NCBI GenBank assembly: GCA_016192455.1
Contig: JACPUC010000010.1
Coordinates: forward strand, 1-64,000
Length of the DNA: 64,000 bases
Source: Candidatus Tectimicrobiota bacterium
Lineage (GTDB): Bacteria; JACPUC01
Reading direction: 5' to 3'
A program made the translations under genes and the position numbers. The notes under the pieces are model-generated. The model did not search any database and had not been told where the DNA came from. It saw only the letters and a program-made list of their open reading frames with translations. Below, in pieces: positions 1-9,648 of the stretch. Numbering within the stretch: position 1 is the stretch's first letter; every line of letters begins with the position of its first letter.

Positions 1-1
1 G

Positions 2-140
2 GTGGCTGAGCTGCGCGCCGCCATCGAAGCGTTCATCGCCGCCTATAATCCTGAGGCCGCCCCCTTCGAGTGGCGCAAAACGGTCGTCCACCCAGTCACC
101 CTTACGAGGCGTATAACTGAATTACGCAACTAAGTACTAG
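2..140 (+). mobile_element. 3' end of an IS630-family transposase and its right end (truncated by window start)
   Basis: Frame 2 reads VAELRAAIEAFIAAYNPEAAPFEWRK...ELRN* (TAA 131-133), resembling the IS630 C-terminal motif; followed by GTACTAG (TA/CTAG-type end). Not in the ORF track. Confidence 0.75.
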
Positions 141-204
141 CTCCGCGTCCTCCGCGTCTCCGCGGTGCAATTCATGGAGCCGCGGAGGCGCTGAAATCGC
201 AGAG
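141..204. repeat. CTCCGCG(T/G) short tandem units with a hairpin, REP-like, directly after the IS end
   Basis: CTCCGCGTC-CTCCGCGT-CTCCGCGG, then CCGCGGAG downstream that can pair with the third unit. Confidence 0.4.
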
Positions 205-227
205 ATTAGACGACCGTGACGGCTGCC

Positions 228-1034
228 TCACACCAGCCGCGCGTCGCGCATCTTCAGGGCCAGCTTCTCGCCGGCGTCGGCTTCGTTCTCGCCGCTGACG
301 ATCTCGCACTTCGCCTCGATCTCAGGGATGAAGAGGTCGACGAGATCGAGGCGCCCGCGCAGCTCGTCGAGGTGCGCCGCGTCGATGGGGAGCTCCGCCG
401 GCCCCCAGACGGGCACGGTCTTGCGCTTCGCCTGGATGACCTTCTGGATGGGGGCGTAGCGCGGCTTGTTCATCTCGCTGGATACCGTCACCACCGCCGG
501 CAGCGCCAGCTCCATCACCTCGTGGCCGTCGTCGAGGAGGCGCTCGACGCGCAGGCCGCCATCGTGGCCGCTCAGCCCCTTGATGACTGCCACGGCGCCC
601 CAGCCGAGCTCCTCGGCGATCGTCGGCCCGACGATGCCGAAGTCCCAGTCGGAGGCCTGCCGGCCGCAGATGACGAGATCGACGTCGCCGATCTTCCTGA
701 TGGCGTTGGCCAGGATGTGCGCGGTGACAAAGGGGTTGAGGGCGCCCCAGGCCGCCTCGTCGATGAGGATCGCCTCATCGCCGCCCATTGCCAGGGTCTT
801 GCGCAGCACCAGGGTGGCGTCCTGGGGGCCGAGGCAGACGCTGGTCACCTTCCCCCCCAGCGCCTCCCTAAGCTGCAGCGCCCCCTCGATGGCATGCTCG
901 TCGAAGAGGCTGAGCATCTTCGCCACGCTGTCATTGGGGATGAACCGCTTGGCCGCCCGGTCGAGCCGGTACGCCGAGGCGGGCGCTTCGTAGTCAGGCA
1001 CCTGCTTCACGCAGACGACGATATTCATGGTCAT
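228..1034 (-). CDS. etfB: Electron transfer flavoprotein beta subunit
   Basis: MNIVVCVKQVPD, ICGRQASDWDFGIVG, PRY motifs; true start may be ATG at 1028. Confidence 0.95.
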   Translation of the reverse strand: MTMNIVVCVKQVPDYEAPASAYRLDRAAKRFIPNDSVAKMLSLFDEHAIEGALQLREALGGKVTSVCLGPQDATLVLRKTLAMGGDEAILIDEAAWGALNPFVTAHILANAIRKIGDVDLVICGRQASDWDFGIVGPTIAEELGWGAVAVIKGLSGHDGGLRVERLLDDGHEVMELALPAVVTVSSEMNKPRYAPIQKVIQAKRKTVPVWGPAELPIDAAHLDELRGRLDLVDLFIPEIEAKCEIVSGENEADAGEKLALKMRDARLV

Positions 1035-1092
1035 CCCCTCGTCCTCCGCGCCCTTCCCCCAGAACTTGCCGCGCCGGCCCGGCCGGCGTCGG

Positions 1093-2103
1093 CTACTGCG
1101 ACTTCAGTTCGCGCAGCTTCTTGATGAGCGGCGGCAGCACCTTCTTGTAGTCGCCCACGACGCCGTAGTGCGCGTGCTTGAAGATCGGCGCCTCGGCGTC
1201 GGTGTTGACGGCGATGAGGCACTTCGCGCCCGAGCAGCCGGCCATGTGCTGCGAGGCGCCGGAGATGCCGACGGCGACGTAGAGGGAGGCGCCGACGACC
1301 TTCCCCGTCAGCCCCACCTGCCGGTCGGGCGAAATCCAGCCTTCGTCGCAGGCCGCCTTCGAGGCCCCCACGACGCCGCCGAGCACTTCGGCCAGCTCCT
1401 CCACGTAAGAGAAGCTCTCGGCGCTGCCCAGGCCGCGCCCGCCGGAGACGACCACGTCGGCGTCCTCCAGCCGCACGCCCTCGGCCGCCGCCTTCACACG
1501 CTCCACGAAGCGCGCCCGCAGGCTGCCCCCATCAAGCGCCACGGCCACGTCGGTAACTTCCCCCCGGCGGCTCGGGTCGGGTTCCCGGGCGCTCATCGCC
1601 ATGGGGCGCACCGTGGCGATCTGCGGGCGACCGGAGAGAACGTAGGCGGCGCTGCACATGCCGCCGAAGACCGGGCGCACGAAGCGGCACGCGCCCTGCT
1701 GCCCCGGCTCGATGGCCACGCAGTCGGGGGCCAGGCCCACCTCCAGGCGAAAGGCGAGGCGAGGCGCCAGGTCGCGCCCGACCGGCGTGTGGCCGAAGAG
1801 CAGGAGCTGCGGGCGGTGCGCCCCCACGACCGCCTGCAAGGCGGCAAGGCAAGCGTCGTTCTGGTAGTCGCCGAGGAGCGGATCATCGACGCTGAGCACC
1901 CGGTCGGCGCCCGCGGCGATGAGCGCCTGCGCCTGCTCGCGCACCCCGCTGCCGAGGAGGACGGCGCCGAGCGGCTCGCCGAAGGCATCCGCAAGCTGCC
2001 GCGCGCCGCCCAGCAGGTCGAGGGTGTGGCGGTCGGGCTTGCCGCTCTTGATCTCGGCCAGGATCATGACGCCTACTGCTTGAGCTGTCGGTGCCTCTGC
2101 CAT
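1093..2103 (-). CDS. etfA: Electron transfer flavoprotein alpha subunit
   Basis: VVSGGRGLG, QVGLTGK, LYVAVGISGASQHMAG, AVNTDAEAPIF. Confidence 0.95.
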   Translation of the reverse strand: MAEAPTAQAVGVMILAEIKSGKPDRHTLDLLGGARQLADAFGEPLGAVLLGSGVREQAQALIAAGADRVLSVDDPLLGDYQNDACLAALQAVVGAHRPQLLLFGHTPVGRDLAPRLAFRLEVGLAPDCVAIEPGQQGACRFVRPVFGGMCSAAYVLSGRPQIATVRPMAMSAREPDPSRRGEVTDVAVALDGGSLRARFVERVKAAAEGVRLEDADVVVSGGRGLGSAESFSYVEELAEVLGGVVGASKAACDEGWISPDRQVGLTGKVVGASLYVAVGISGASQHMAGCSGAKCLIAVNTDAEAPIFKHAHYGVVGDYKKVLPPLIKKLRELKSQ

Positions 2104-2236
2104 CGTGCAACCCTCGCCATCGTGCAACGTCTGAAAGGAGGCGCGAACCACCGCCGCCAGAAGGCTCCCTCTACGGCGTCGCGCCTCCCGCGTCTCTCAC
2201 TTGAGGTAGTAACGCGGCGGCTTCCCCGCCAGGGGC

Positions 2237-3385
2237 TCAGGCCCCGGCGAGGATGCTCTCGGAGATGTCGGAGCGCAGCGACTCCGAGCCGCCCCACAGC
2301 ACCCGCAGCATGCGCGCGTCACGGTAGTAGCGCTCGTAGTGCAGGTCCTTGGTGTAGCCGAGGCCGCCGTGGATCTGCAAGGCGCGATCGGTGAGGCGGT
2401 GGAACATCTCGGTGGCGAAGACCTTCACCATGGCGACTTCCTTGTGGGCCTCCTCGCCAAGGCTCTTCTTCCAGGCGGCATGGTAGGCCATCATGCGCGT
2501 GGCCCGCAGGTCCGTCGCCGACTCGGCCAGCATCCACTGGATGGCCTGGCGCTCGGCGATCGGCTTGCCGAAGGTGTAGCGCTGCTTGGCGTACTCCTTG
2601 GCGCCATCGAGGAGCCGCTCGCCCATCCCCACGCACCAGGCGCTCAGCTTCAGGCGCGCCTCGTCGCGCCAGCTCCGCATCAGCGCGAAGCCTGCGCCCA
2701 CCTCGCCGATGACGTGCTCAGCCGAGACGCGACAGGCGTCAAAGGTGAGCTCGACGAAGTTGACGCCGTGCAGCCCCAGGGTGCGGCGCCGCTCGCCCAC
2801 GAGGCATCCGGGGCTGCCGCGGTCCACGACGAAACACGACAGCCCGTGGCGCGGCCCAGCCGCCTCGTCGCTGCGCGCCAGCACGACGGCGAAGTCCGCC
2901 ACATCGCCGTTGGCAACGAAGATCTTCTTGCCGTCGAGGATGAAGTGGTCGCCGTCGCGGCGGGCCGTCAGCGCCACCTCGTCCTCCTCCGCGCCGGCGG
3001 TGGTCTCCGTGACGGCAACGCAGCTTGTCGCGTCGCCGCTCAGGCAGGGGGCAAGGTAGGCATCCTGTTGGGCTTTCGTGCCGTGGGCCAGGAGCTCGTA
3101 CCCTTCGGGGAGGATGCCGAGGACGAGGGGCAGGCTCACCTTGCCGAAGGTCTCCCAGAGGATCGCCTGGGCGAGGATATCCAGCCCCGCGCCGCCGCAC
3201 TCCTCCGGCACGCCCAGGGAGAGCAGCCCCAGCTCCGCGGCCTTCTTGCGCAGGCTGGCGCGCAGCTCGGCGGGAATCTCCTCGCGCTCCTCCACCTCCT
3301 TCTCGTGCGGCGCCAGCTCCTCATCAACGAAGCGGCTGACCTCCTGCCGCATGATCTCAACTTCTTCGGGGATCGAAAGGTCCAT
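2237..3385 (-). CDS. Acyl-CoA dehydrogenase family protein, atypical active site
   Basis: RYTFGKPIAERQAIQWMLA, ALQIHGGLGY, ERYYRDAR; start set at MDLSIPEE. Confidence 0.9.
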   Translation of the reverse strand: MDLSIPEEVEIMRQEVSRFVDEELAPHEKEVEEREEIPAELRASLRKKAAELGLLSLGVPEECGGAGLDILAQAILWETFGKVSLPLVLGILPEGYELLAHGTKAQQDAYLAPCLSGDATSCVAVTETTAGAEEDEVALTARRDGDHFILDGKKIFVANGDVADFAVVLARSDEAAGPRHGLSCFVVDRGSPGCLVGERRRTLGLHGVNFVELTFDACRVSAEHVIGEVGAGFALMRSWRDEARLKLSAWCVGMGERLLDGAKEYAKQRYTFGKPIAERQAIQWMLAESATDLRATRMMAYHAAWKKSLGEEAHKEVAMVKVFATEMFHRLTDRALQIHGGLGYTKDLHYERYYRDARMLRVLWGGSESLRSDISESILAGA

Positions 3386-3481
3386 GGCGAGGCATCCTTC
3401 GCAGAGATGGCGCAAGACCGAGCACGGCCCGCGGCAGGCCGCGGCGGTGGCGCGACGCGGCGGCGCCTCCCTCGGCGCCCC

Positions 3482-4216
3482 CTAGGAGCGGCTCAAGTTT
3501 TCGGCGAAGAAGGCGCGCAGGCGCTTCCAGGCATCCTTCGCCGACTCAGCGTGGTAGGTCGGGCGCGTGTCGTTGAAGAAGGCGTGCCCGGCCCCGGGGT
3601 AAACGATGACCTCATGCCGCTTGCCGAGCTTCGTCAGGAGGTCCTGAAGCTCGCGCACCTGCGTGAGGGGGATGGTAGGGTCCTTGTCGCCGAAGATGCT
3701 CAGGATTGGGCAACCCAGGTCTCCCGTCATGTCCATCGCATCCCGCGGCTTGTTCTGCGTGTGGTGGGGCCAGCGCAACCCGCCGTAAAAGCTGGCGGCG
3801 CAGACGAGGTGCTTCGTCGAACAGGCGAGCATGTGGGTGTAGGTGCCGCCCATGCAGAAGCCGACGACGCCGATGCTCTCCCGGCGCGCGTCCTGGCGGC
3901 CGCGAAGGTACTCCACCCCGGCCACGAGGTCGCTGACGGCCTGCGCGTCCGAGATGGTCGCCATGAACTCCAGGATCGCCTTGGTGTCCGTGAGGCCGTT
4001 CGGCATGCCCTGGCGGCTGTAGAGATCGACGGCCAGGGCGAGATAGCCCTCCGCGGCGATACGGTTGCACACCTCCTTGATGTGGTCGGTGACGCCAAAG
4101 ACCTCGTGGATGACGATGACCGCGGGGTGCGGCCCGGGGCCGCCAGGGAGCGCGCAGTACCCATTGATGGAGATCGGGCCGTTCTTGAACGTAAGCATGG
4201 ATGAGGAGGTGGCCAT
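3482..4216 (-). CDS. Dienelactone hydrolase family protein
   Basis: IHEVFG, nucleophile motif GFCMGG, YPGAGHAF. Confidence 0.9.
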   Translation of the reverse strand: MATSSSMLTFKNGPISINGYCALPGGPGPHPAVIVIHEVFGVTDHIKEVCNRIAAEGYLALAVDLYSRQGMPNGLTDTKAILEFMATISDAQAVSDLVAGVEYLRGRQDARRESIGVVGFCMGGTYTHMLACSTKHLVCAASFYGGLRWPHHTQNKPRDAMDMTGDLGCPILSIFGDKDPTIPLTQVRELQDLLTKLGKRHEVIVYPGAGHAFFNDTRPTYHAESAKDAWKRLRAFFAENLSRS

Positions 4217-4635
4217 GGGTTCCCTCTCGGAGGTGGCCAGGAAGCCGCGCAGGGAGACTGCGTTGCAGCCAATCTGGAGGGCGAGCAGGTTGGGGGTGGT
4301 GGACTAAATGCGCCAAATCGAAAAATCCTACCGCAATGCTCCTCTTCTGTCAACGCGCCGCGCCCCGGCAGCAGTGGGCGCAGCTCCGGCTCTTGCTGCG
4401 GAACGCGCCGCTCCCCCTCGCGCCCGGAGCTGGAGACCCTGGCTGTTGCCATGGTAGAATGTGGGTCTTGCCGTCACGTGGAGCAAGTTTTTCTCCACGC
4501 CCGCGTAGAGTCGCGCGTGGGGCAGGGGGGAAGCATCCGGGTGGGACCGCGGCGCGGCGTCGCAGGGGGGCGCCGCGATCGCCGCCCAGACCGCAGGCTG
4601 GGGTCGGGCTTGTCACCGGGGCGCCGGGAGCCGCA

Positions 4636-5721
4636 ATGCGCTGGAGACCTTGCCAAGGCAGGTGGCTAAGGAGGGACTGGCCGGGCCTGATCGGCGCCTT
4701 TGCGCTTGCGGCTGCGTTTACGGGGATGCCGGCGGTGACGTCTGCCCAGGGGCAGATCCCAGGCCAGGATTCGGCCCGGACGGAAGGGCGCAAGCTCGCC
4801 AGCGTGCGGCTGAGCCTTCCCTCTGGAGCGATGAGCTTCGCCGCGGTCTTCCTGGCGCAGGAGAAGAAACTCTTCGAGGGCGAAGGCCTGGACGTCTCCG
4901 TGCGCATCCTTCCCGGCGAGGGCGGCCTGAACGCGCTCCTCGCCGGCGGCGTCGACTTCGCCCAAGTGAGCAGCTCCCTGCTGCTGCAAGAGAGCCGGCC
5001 CGGCCAGGATCTCATCGCGGTGGCCGCGCCGATGAACCGCCTTGACGTGGAGATCGTGGCAGCCAGGGAGAAGCTGGAAGCCGCCGATCTGTCGCCATCG
5101 TCATCCCTCCGCAAGCGCATCGCCTTCCTGCGCGGCAAGACCATCGGCTTCCAGCGTTTGGGGGGACTGGCGCACCTCTACACCCTGTACGTCCTGGCGA
5201 AGGGAGGGCTGGCGCCGCAAAAGGACGTGAATCTGGTGGCCCTGGGCGATGATATGGCGTTGGTGACGGCCCTCGAGCAGAAGCAGATCGACGCCTTCGT
5301 CATGGCGCCGCCCATCTCCGTCATGCCGCTGGCGCAAGGGTTTGGAGAACGCCTCATCAGCGGTCCGGAGAACGATGTCGAGGAGCTCGCGCCGTTCGTC
5401 TCGACGCCCCTCGTCACCCTCAAGGAGTACTGCCGAACCCACCCCGACCTCTGCCGCAGGATGGTCCGGGCCTACGCGCGCGGCAACGCCTTCATCGCCG
5501 ATTTCCCCGCCCAGGCGCTGGCCTCCCTGACGAAGCGCTACGCCACGGTGAAGCCGGCGATCCTGGAGCGCTCCTTGGCGGCGTACAGCAAGACGTTCGA
5601 CCGTGACCTGCGCATCGATCCACGTGGCCTGGACGTGGTGCAAGACCTGGAACTGCTGACGGGAGTCCGCCGCCAGCGGCTCGACGTGTCAGCCCTCTTC
5701 AGCAATGCGTACTTCGAGTGA
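4636..5721 (+). CDS. ABC transporter substrate-binding protein, NitT/TauT/SsuA type
   Basis: Signal-like N-terminus, AQEKKLFEGEGLDV, LRGKTIG; start uncertain. Confidence 0.8.
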   Translation: MRWRPCQGRWLRRDWPGLIGAFALAAAFTGMPAVTSAQGQIPGQDSARTEGRKLASVRLSLPSGAMSFAAVFLAQEKKLFEGEGLDVSVRILPGEGGLNALLAGGVDFAQVSSSLLLQESRPGQDLIAVAAPMNRLDVEIVAAREKLEAADLSPSSSLRKRIAFLRGKTIGFQRLGGLAHLYTLYVLAKGGLAPQKDVNLVALGDDMALVTALEQKQIDAFVMAPPISVMPLAQGFGERLISGPENDVEELAPFVSTPLVTLKEYCRTHPDLCRRMVRAYARGNAFIADFPAQALASLTKRYATVKPAILERSLAAYSKTFDRDLRIDPRGLDVVQDLELLTGVRRQRLDVSALFSNAYFE

Positions 5722-6268
5722 TCCCCGGCCAGGGCGACGAGCCTTGAGGGGTCCCGGAGCAACGTCGGCCGGGACACGACCCGAGGGAGCATCGGCGGGC
5801 TGGGGGTGAGGCTTGCTCAAGGCGCGGGTGTTTGGCTCGTCGTGGCAGGCTCCGCCAGAACAGTTCCCCCTGGACGGCAGGCTTCCCTGGACGCTCTTCC
5901 GCCGTGGGGTCTTCAACAAGACGGCGCTTCCTCCGCCCGGCCCGCGGCGTTCCCCTGCCTGGCTTGACTTCTTGGGTGCTCTCAGGCACGGTCAGAACGA
6001 TCAGCCGCTCGCCGCCGTGAAGGGATGAGGGGGGCAGGTTCGGCCCCGGCGCGTCGGCGCCGTGACCATCTCGGAGGAGGGTTCGCGCGGCCCGCTGGGG
6101 CCTGAGTCTCCCGGCGCGGCACCGCCGGCGGATCACCAGGGCGCCGGCCCCGGAGCTCCGCTGTTCCCCGGGGAGATCTGGGGCGGGGCCGCGGGTTGCG
6201 GCAGCGCCTGATGCATCGCTTCCGCGGCATGCTGCCGCAAGGCGCCGCAGCGTGCCTGGACGAGGGTC

Positions 6269-7039
6269 ATGAAGAGGAAAACCTACCTTGGTCAGGCAAT
6301 CTCCTTCGTGCTGCTCATCGTCCTCTGGGAGTTCGCCTCGCGCCTCTTCGGCACCTACTGGTTCAGCTCGCCGTGGCTCACCCTGAGCCGCCTGGGACGC
6401 ATGATCTGGACCTGGGAGGCGCTGTTCCACCTGCGCTACACCCTCCTCGAGGCAGCCCTTGGCTTCCTCATCGGCGGTGCGGCGGGCGTGCTCCTGCCCT
6501 TTCCCCTGCGCCGCTACCCCACCTGGACGTCGATCCTCGATCCCTTCCTGGTAGGCGGCTACGGCATGCCGAAGTTGGCCATCGCCCCCCTCTTCATCCT
6601 CTGGTTCGGCATCGGCATCCTCTCGAAGGTGGCCATCGTCGTCAGCATTGTCTTCTTCCTGGTCTTCTTCACTACCTTTGCCGGTATCCGCTCGGTGAAT
6701 CCCGAGCTCCTCAAAGTGGCGCGCGTCATGGGGGCCAAGGAGCGCCATTTGAGCCGCGACATCGTCTGGCCCTCGGCGGCGCCCTACATCTTCACCGCCT
6801 TCAAGATCGCCCTCCCTTACTCGGTTGCGGCGGCCATCATCGGCGAGCTCATCTCCTCGAACAAGGGGCTGGGCTACTTCATCGAGCACGCCGCCGCTGA
6901 CTTCGATACCACCGGCGTATTCGTCGGGCTGATCATCATTACCGCGGTGATCATGGGCATCAACGATGTCGTGAACCGCCTGCAGCGGCGCGCTCTCTCC
7001 TGGCGACGGGAAGAGTTTGAAGAGCTGCGCAACCTCTGA
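6269..7039 (+). CDS. ABC transporter permease, NitT/TauT family
   Basis: PKLAIAPLFILWFGIG, EAA-like loop ARVMGA, GLGY. Confidence 0.93.
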   Translation: MKRKTYLGQAISFVLLIVLWEFASRLFGTYWFSSPWLTLSRLGRMIWTWEALFHLRYTLLEAALGFLIGGAAGVLLPFPLRRYPTWTSILDPFLVGGYGMPKLAIAPLFILWFGIGILSKVAIVVSIVFFLVFFTTFAGIRSVNPELLKVARVMGAKERHLSRDIVWPSAAPYIFTAFKIALPYSVAAAIIGELISSNKGLGYFIEHAAADFDTTGVFVGLIIITAVIMGINDVVNRLQRRALSWRREEFEELRNL

Positions 7040-7091
7040 CGCCTCCTTCGCGCCCCCTGCCTCGCAGCGCACCGTGAGGACCTGAGGACTC

Positions 7092-7898
7092 ATGAGCACG
7101 AGCGACAGCCAGTACGAGTTGGAGGTTCGAAATCTGAGCAAGGTTTTTGGTTCGCGCCGGGATCGCACCCTCGAGGTCCACGCCCTCAAGGAGATCAACT
7201 TGAGGGTGAAAGCGGGGGAGTTCCTGACCATCCTCGGCCCCTCGGGAGGTGGGAAGTCCACGATCCTCAACATCATCGCCCAGATCGAGACGCCGACCAC
7301 CGGCACCATCTACTTCCGCGGCCGGGAGGTCCTGCGGGCCGGCGATGTGCAGATGAACCCGGGGGTGAATTGCGAGATCGGCTACGTGACGCAGGAAGAC
7401 AACCTCCTGCCCTGGCGCACCGTGATCGAGAACATCATGTTCCCCATCAAGGTGCAGAACAAGCCCTACGACGAGTACCTGGAACGCGCCCACGAGCTGA
7501 TGGGCATGGTGAACCTCACCGGCTTCGGCAACCATTACCCCTACGAGCTCTCCGGCGGCATGCGCAAGCGGGCCGTGCTCATCCGCACCCTCCTCTATGA
7601 TCCGCCGGTCATCCTGATGGATGAGCCCTTCGGCCCCCTCGATGCGCAGACGCGCACGCAGCTCCAGGAAGACCTCCTGCGCATCTGGCAAGCGAAGCGC
7701 AAGACGATCCTCTTCGTCACCCACGATGTGGCCGAGGCGATCGTGCTGGCGGATCGCACCGTGGTGTTGACCTCCCAGCCGGGCACCGTGAGGGCTGAGT
7801 ACGAGATCGCCATCCCGCGCCCCCGCGATGTGCACGACGTCTACGCCCTGCCGGGGTTCCCGGAGTACTACGAGAAGATACGCAAGGAGCTGCGCTGA
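7092..7898 (+). CDS. ABC transporter ATP-binding protein, NitT/TauT family
   Basis: GPSGGGKST, LLPWRTV, LSGGMRKR, LMDEPFG, FVTHD. Confidence 0.96.
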   Translation: MSTSDSQYELEVRNLSKVFGSRRDRTLEVHALKEINLRVKAGEFLTILGPSGGGKSTILNIIAQIETPTTGTIYFRGREVLRAGDVQMNPGVNCEIGYVTQEDNLLPWRTVIENIMFPIKVQNKPYDEYLERAHELMGMVNLTGFGNHYPYELSGGMRKRAVLIRTLLYDPPVILMDEPFGPLDAQTRTQLQEDLLRIWQAKRKTILFVTHDVAEAIVLADRTVVLTSQPGTVRAEYEIAIPRPRDVHDVYALPGFPEYYEKIRKELR

Positions 7899-8229
7899 GC
7901 GGCCGGCGGAGCCACGCCGCGCCGGCCGGCGCCGGGGAGGCTCCACGCCAGGGGAAGGGGACGCCGGGACGCGAGGCGGGCCCGGTCGCGGCAACGGCGC
8001 GCACGAAGCGCTGGTGCGCCGCAGGGGGCGGGGAAGGCGGCGTGCGGGTGATGGCTGCGGGTTCTCCGCTACCCCGAGGCGGGACTCGGATGGCCCGCCG
8101 GACTCGGCAAGCCGCTGGCGCGGCGTCGAGCGCGCCGGCGCGTGCTCTCCCGCCGCGGGCCGGAAGACGAGGCGCCGCTCAACCTCGCCAGCGGAATGTC
8201 GTGGAGGCGTTCCTCTCGCCGGACGGTTT

Positions 8230-9036
8230 ATGGAAGCCAGCGAAAGAATCTACCCCCCGCGGCTGCCATTTCGGACCGCGGTTTTTGCCGGCCGTTTCGG
8301 GTTCAGCCTGCTCATCCTGCTCCTCTGGCAGCTCTTCAGCGTGGTCTTCGGCGCGTTCTGGGTCAGCAGCCCGCTCTTCATCGCCGAGCGCCTGCTCGCC
8401 CTGGCCGCGAGCGGCAACCTCTTCCTGCACGCCTACGCGACGTTGCAAGAGTCGTTCTTCGGGTTCGTGGTCGGCGCCGCGCTGGGCATCGGCTTGCCGT
8501 TCCTCCTGCGCCTCCTCCCCACCCTGGCGGGCATCCTCGATCCCTACCTCAGCGCCGCCATGGGCGTGCCGAAGCTGGCGCTGGCGCCGCTCCTTATCCT
8601 CTGGTTCGGCATCGACATGCTGTCAAAAGTGGTCTTCGTGGCGGTGATCGTCTTCTTCCTCTTTTTCTTCAACACCTGGTCGGGCATCCGCTCGGTGGAC
8701 CCCGGCCTCGTGAAGGTGGCCCAGGTGCTCGGCGCCAAGCAGCGGCACCTCAGCCGCGAGATCGTCTGGAACACCGCGCTGCCGTTCATCTTCGCCGGCG
8801 CCAAGATCGCCATGCCGAGGGCGATCAGCGCCGCGGTGGTTGGCGAGTTCATCGCCGCGGATCGAGGCCTGGGCTTCTACATTAACGATGCCCGCGGTTT
8901 GTTCGACTCCACCGGCATCTTTGCCGGCGTCATCGTCGTCACCATCATCATCGTGCTGGTCAACGCCGGGCAGAACCGTCTGCACCGACGCCTCCTGAGC
9001 TGGCGCCCGCGGGAGTTCGATGTGGATGCCTTCTAG
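8230..9036 (+). CDS. Second NitT/TauT-family ABC permease
   Basis: PKLALAPLLILWFGI; clear paralog of 6269..7039; start set at MEASER. Confidence 0.92.
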   Translation: MEASERIYPPRLPFRTAVFAGRFGFSLLILLLWQLFSVVFGAFWVSSPLFIAERLLALAASGNLFLHAYATLQESFFGFVVGAALGIGLPFLLRLLPTLAGILDPYLSAAMGVPKLALAPLLILWFGIDMLSKVVFVAVIVFFLFFFNTWSGIRSVDPGLVKVAQVLGAKQRHLSREIVWNTALPFIFAGAKIAMPRAISAAVVGEFIAADRGLGFYINDARGLFDSTGIFAGVIVVTIIIVLVNAGQNRLHRRLLSWRPREFDVDAF

Positions 9037-9259
9037 CCTGGAGCCCTCCCCCGGTCATCCACCCGGCACGGTCCCAGCAGCGCACCCCCAGCCACCGCGC
9101 AGGGCACGGGCGGCCGCCGGAGGCGGTGCGCGCCATGTCGCGGCGCGGGAATTGACGCCGCACCGGGCGCGTCGTGGGGGCGGGGCGAGGGGCGGCGTGT
9201 CAGAGTCCGCGGCGCCGCGGGCTCCCGCCACGGAGTGAGATTTTCATGAGGAGAGCAGG

Positions 9260-9532
9260 ATGGACCTGGCGCTGGCACTCAAGACGTTCTCGGTAATCTT
9301 CCTGGCCGAGCTTGGCGACAAGACGCAGCTCGCCATCCTCAGCATCGCCACCTCGGCCCACTCGCGCGCGCCGGTCTTCATCGGCGCGGCCCTGGCGCTC
9401 GTCGTCACCAGCCTCCTGGCGGTGCTCGCCGGGCAGGGGCTGAGCAGGATCATCCCGAGCGCGCTTCTGGAACGGCTCGTGGGGCTGCTGTTCATCGCGG
9501 TCGGCGTCTGGTACCTCGTGGGGAGCAAATAG
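9260..9532 (+). CDS. TMEM165/GDT1 (UPF0016) half-size membrane protein
   Basis: FLAELGDKTQL signature, three hydrophobic helices. Confidence 0.9.
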   Translation: MDLALALKTFSVIFLAELGDKTQLAILSIATSAHSRAPVFIGAALALVVTSLLAVLAGQGLSRIIPSALLERLVGLLFIAVGVWYLVGSK

Positions 9533-9648
9533 CGGGCGCATGGCCGGGTCAGGCTTGGCTCCGCTTCCCCGCGGCGCCACGGCGGCGCCGGGCGGGCCGC
9601 CCGCGCCGGCCTGCTGCGGTAACCTCTTCCGTTACGGGTGCGGGGGGA

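Noticed and set aside
2099-2128. 13-bp direct repeat GCCATCGTGCAAC at the etfA start
   Set aside because: Present, but most simply a small local duplication with no support for function.
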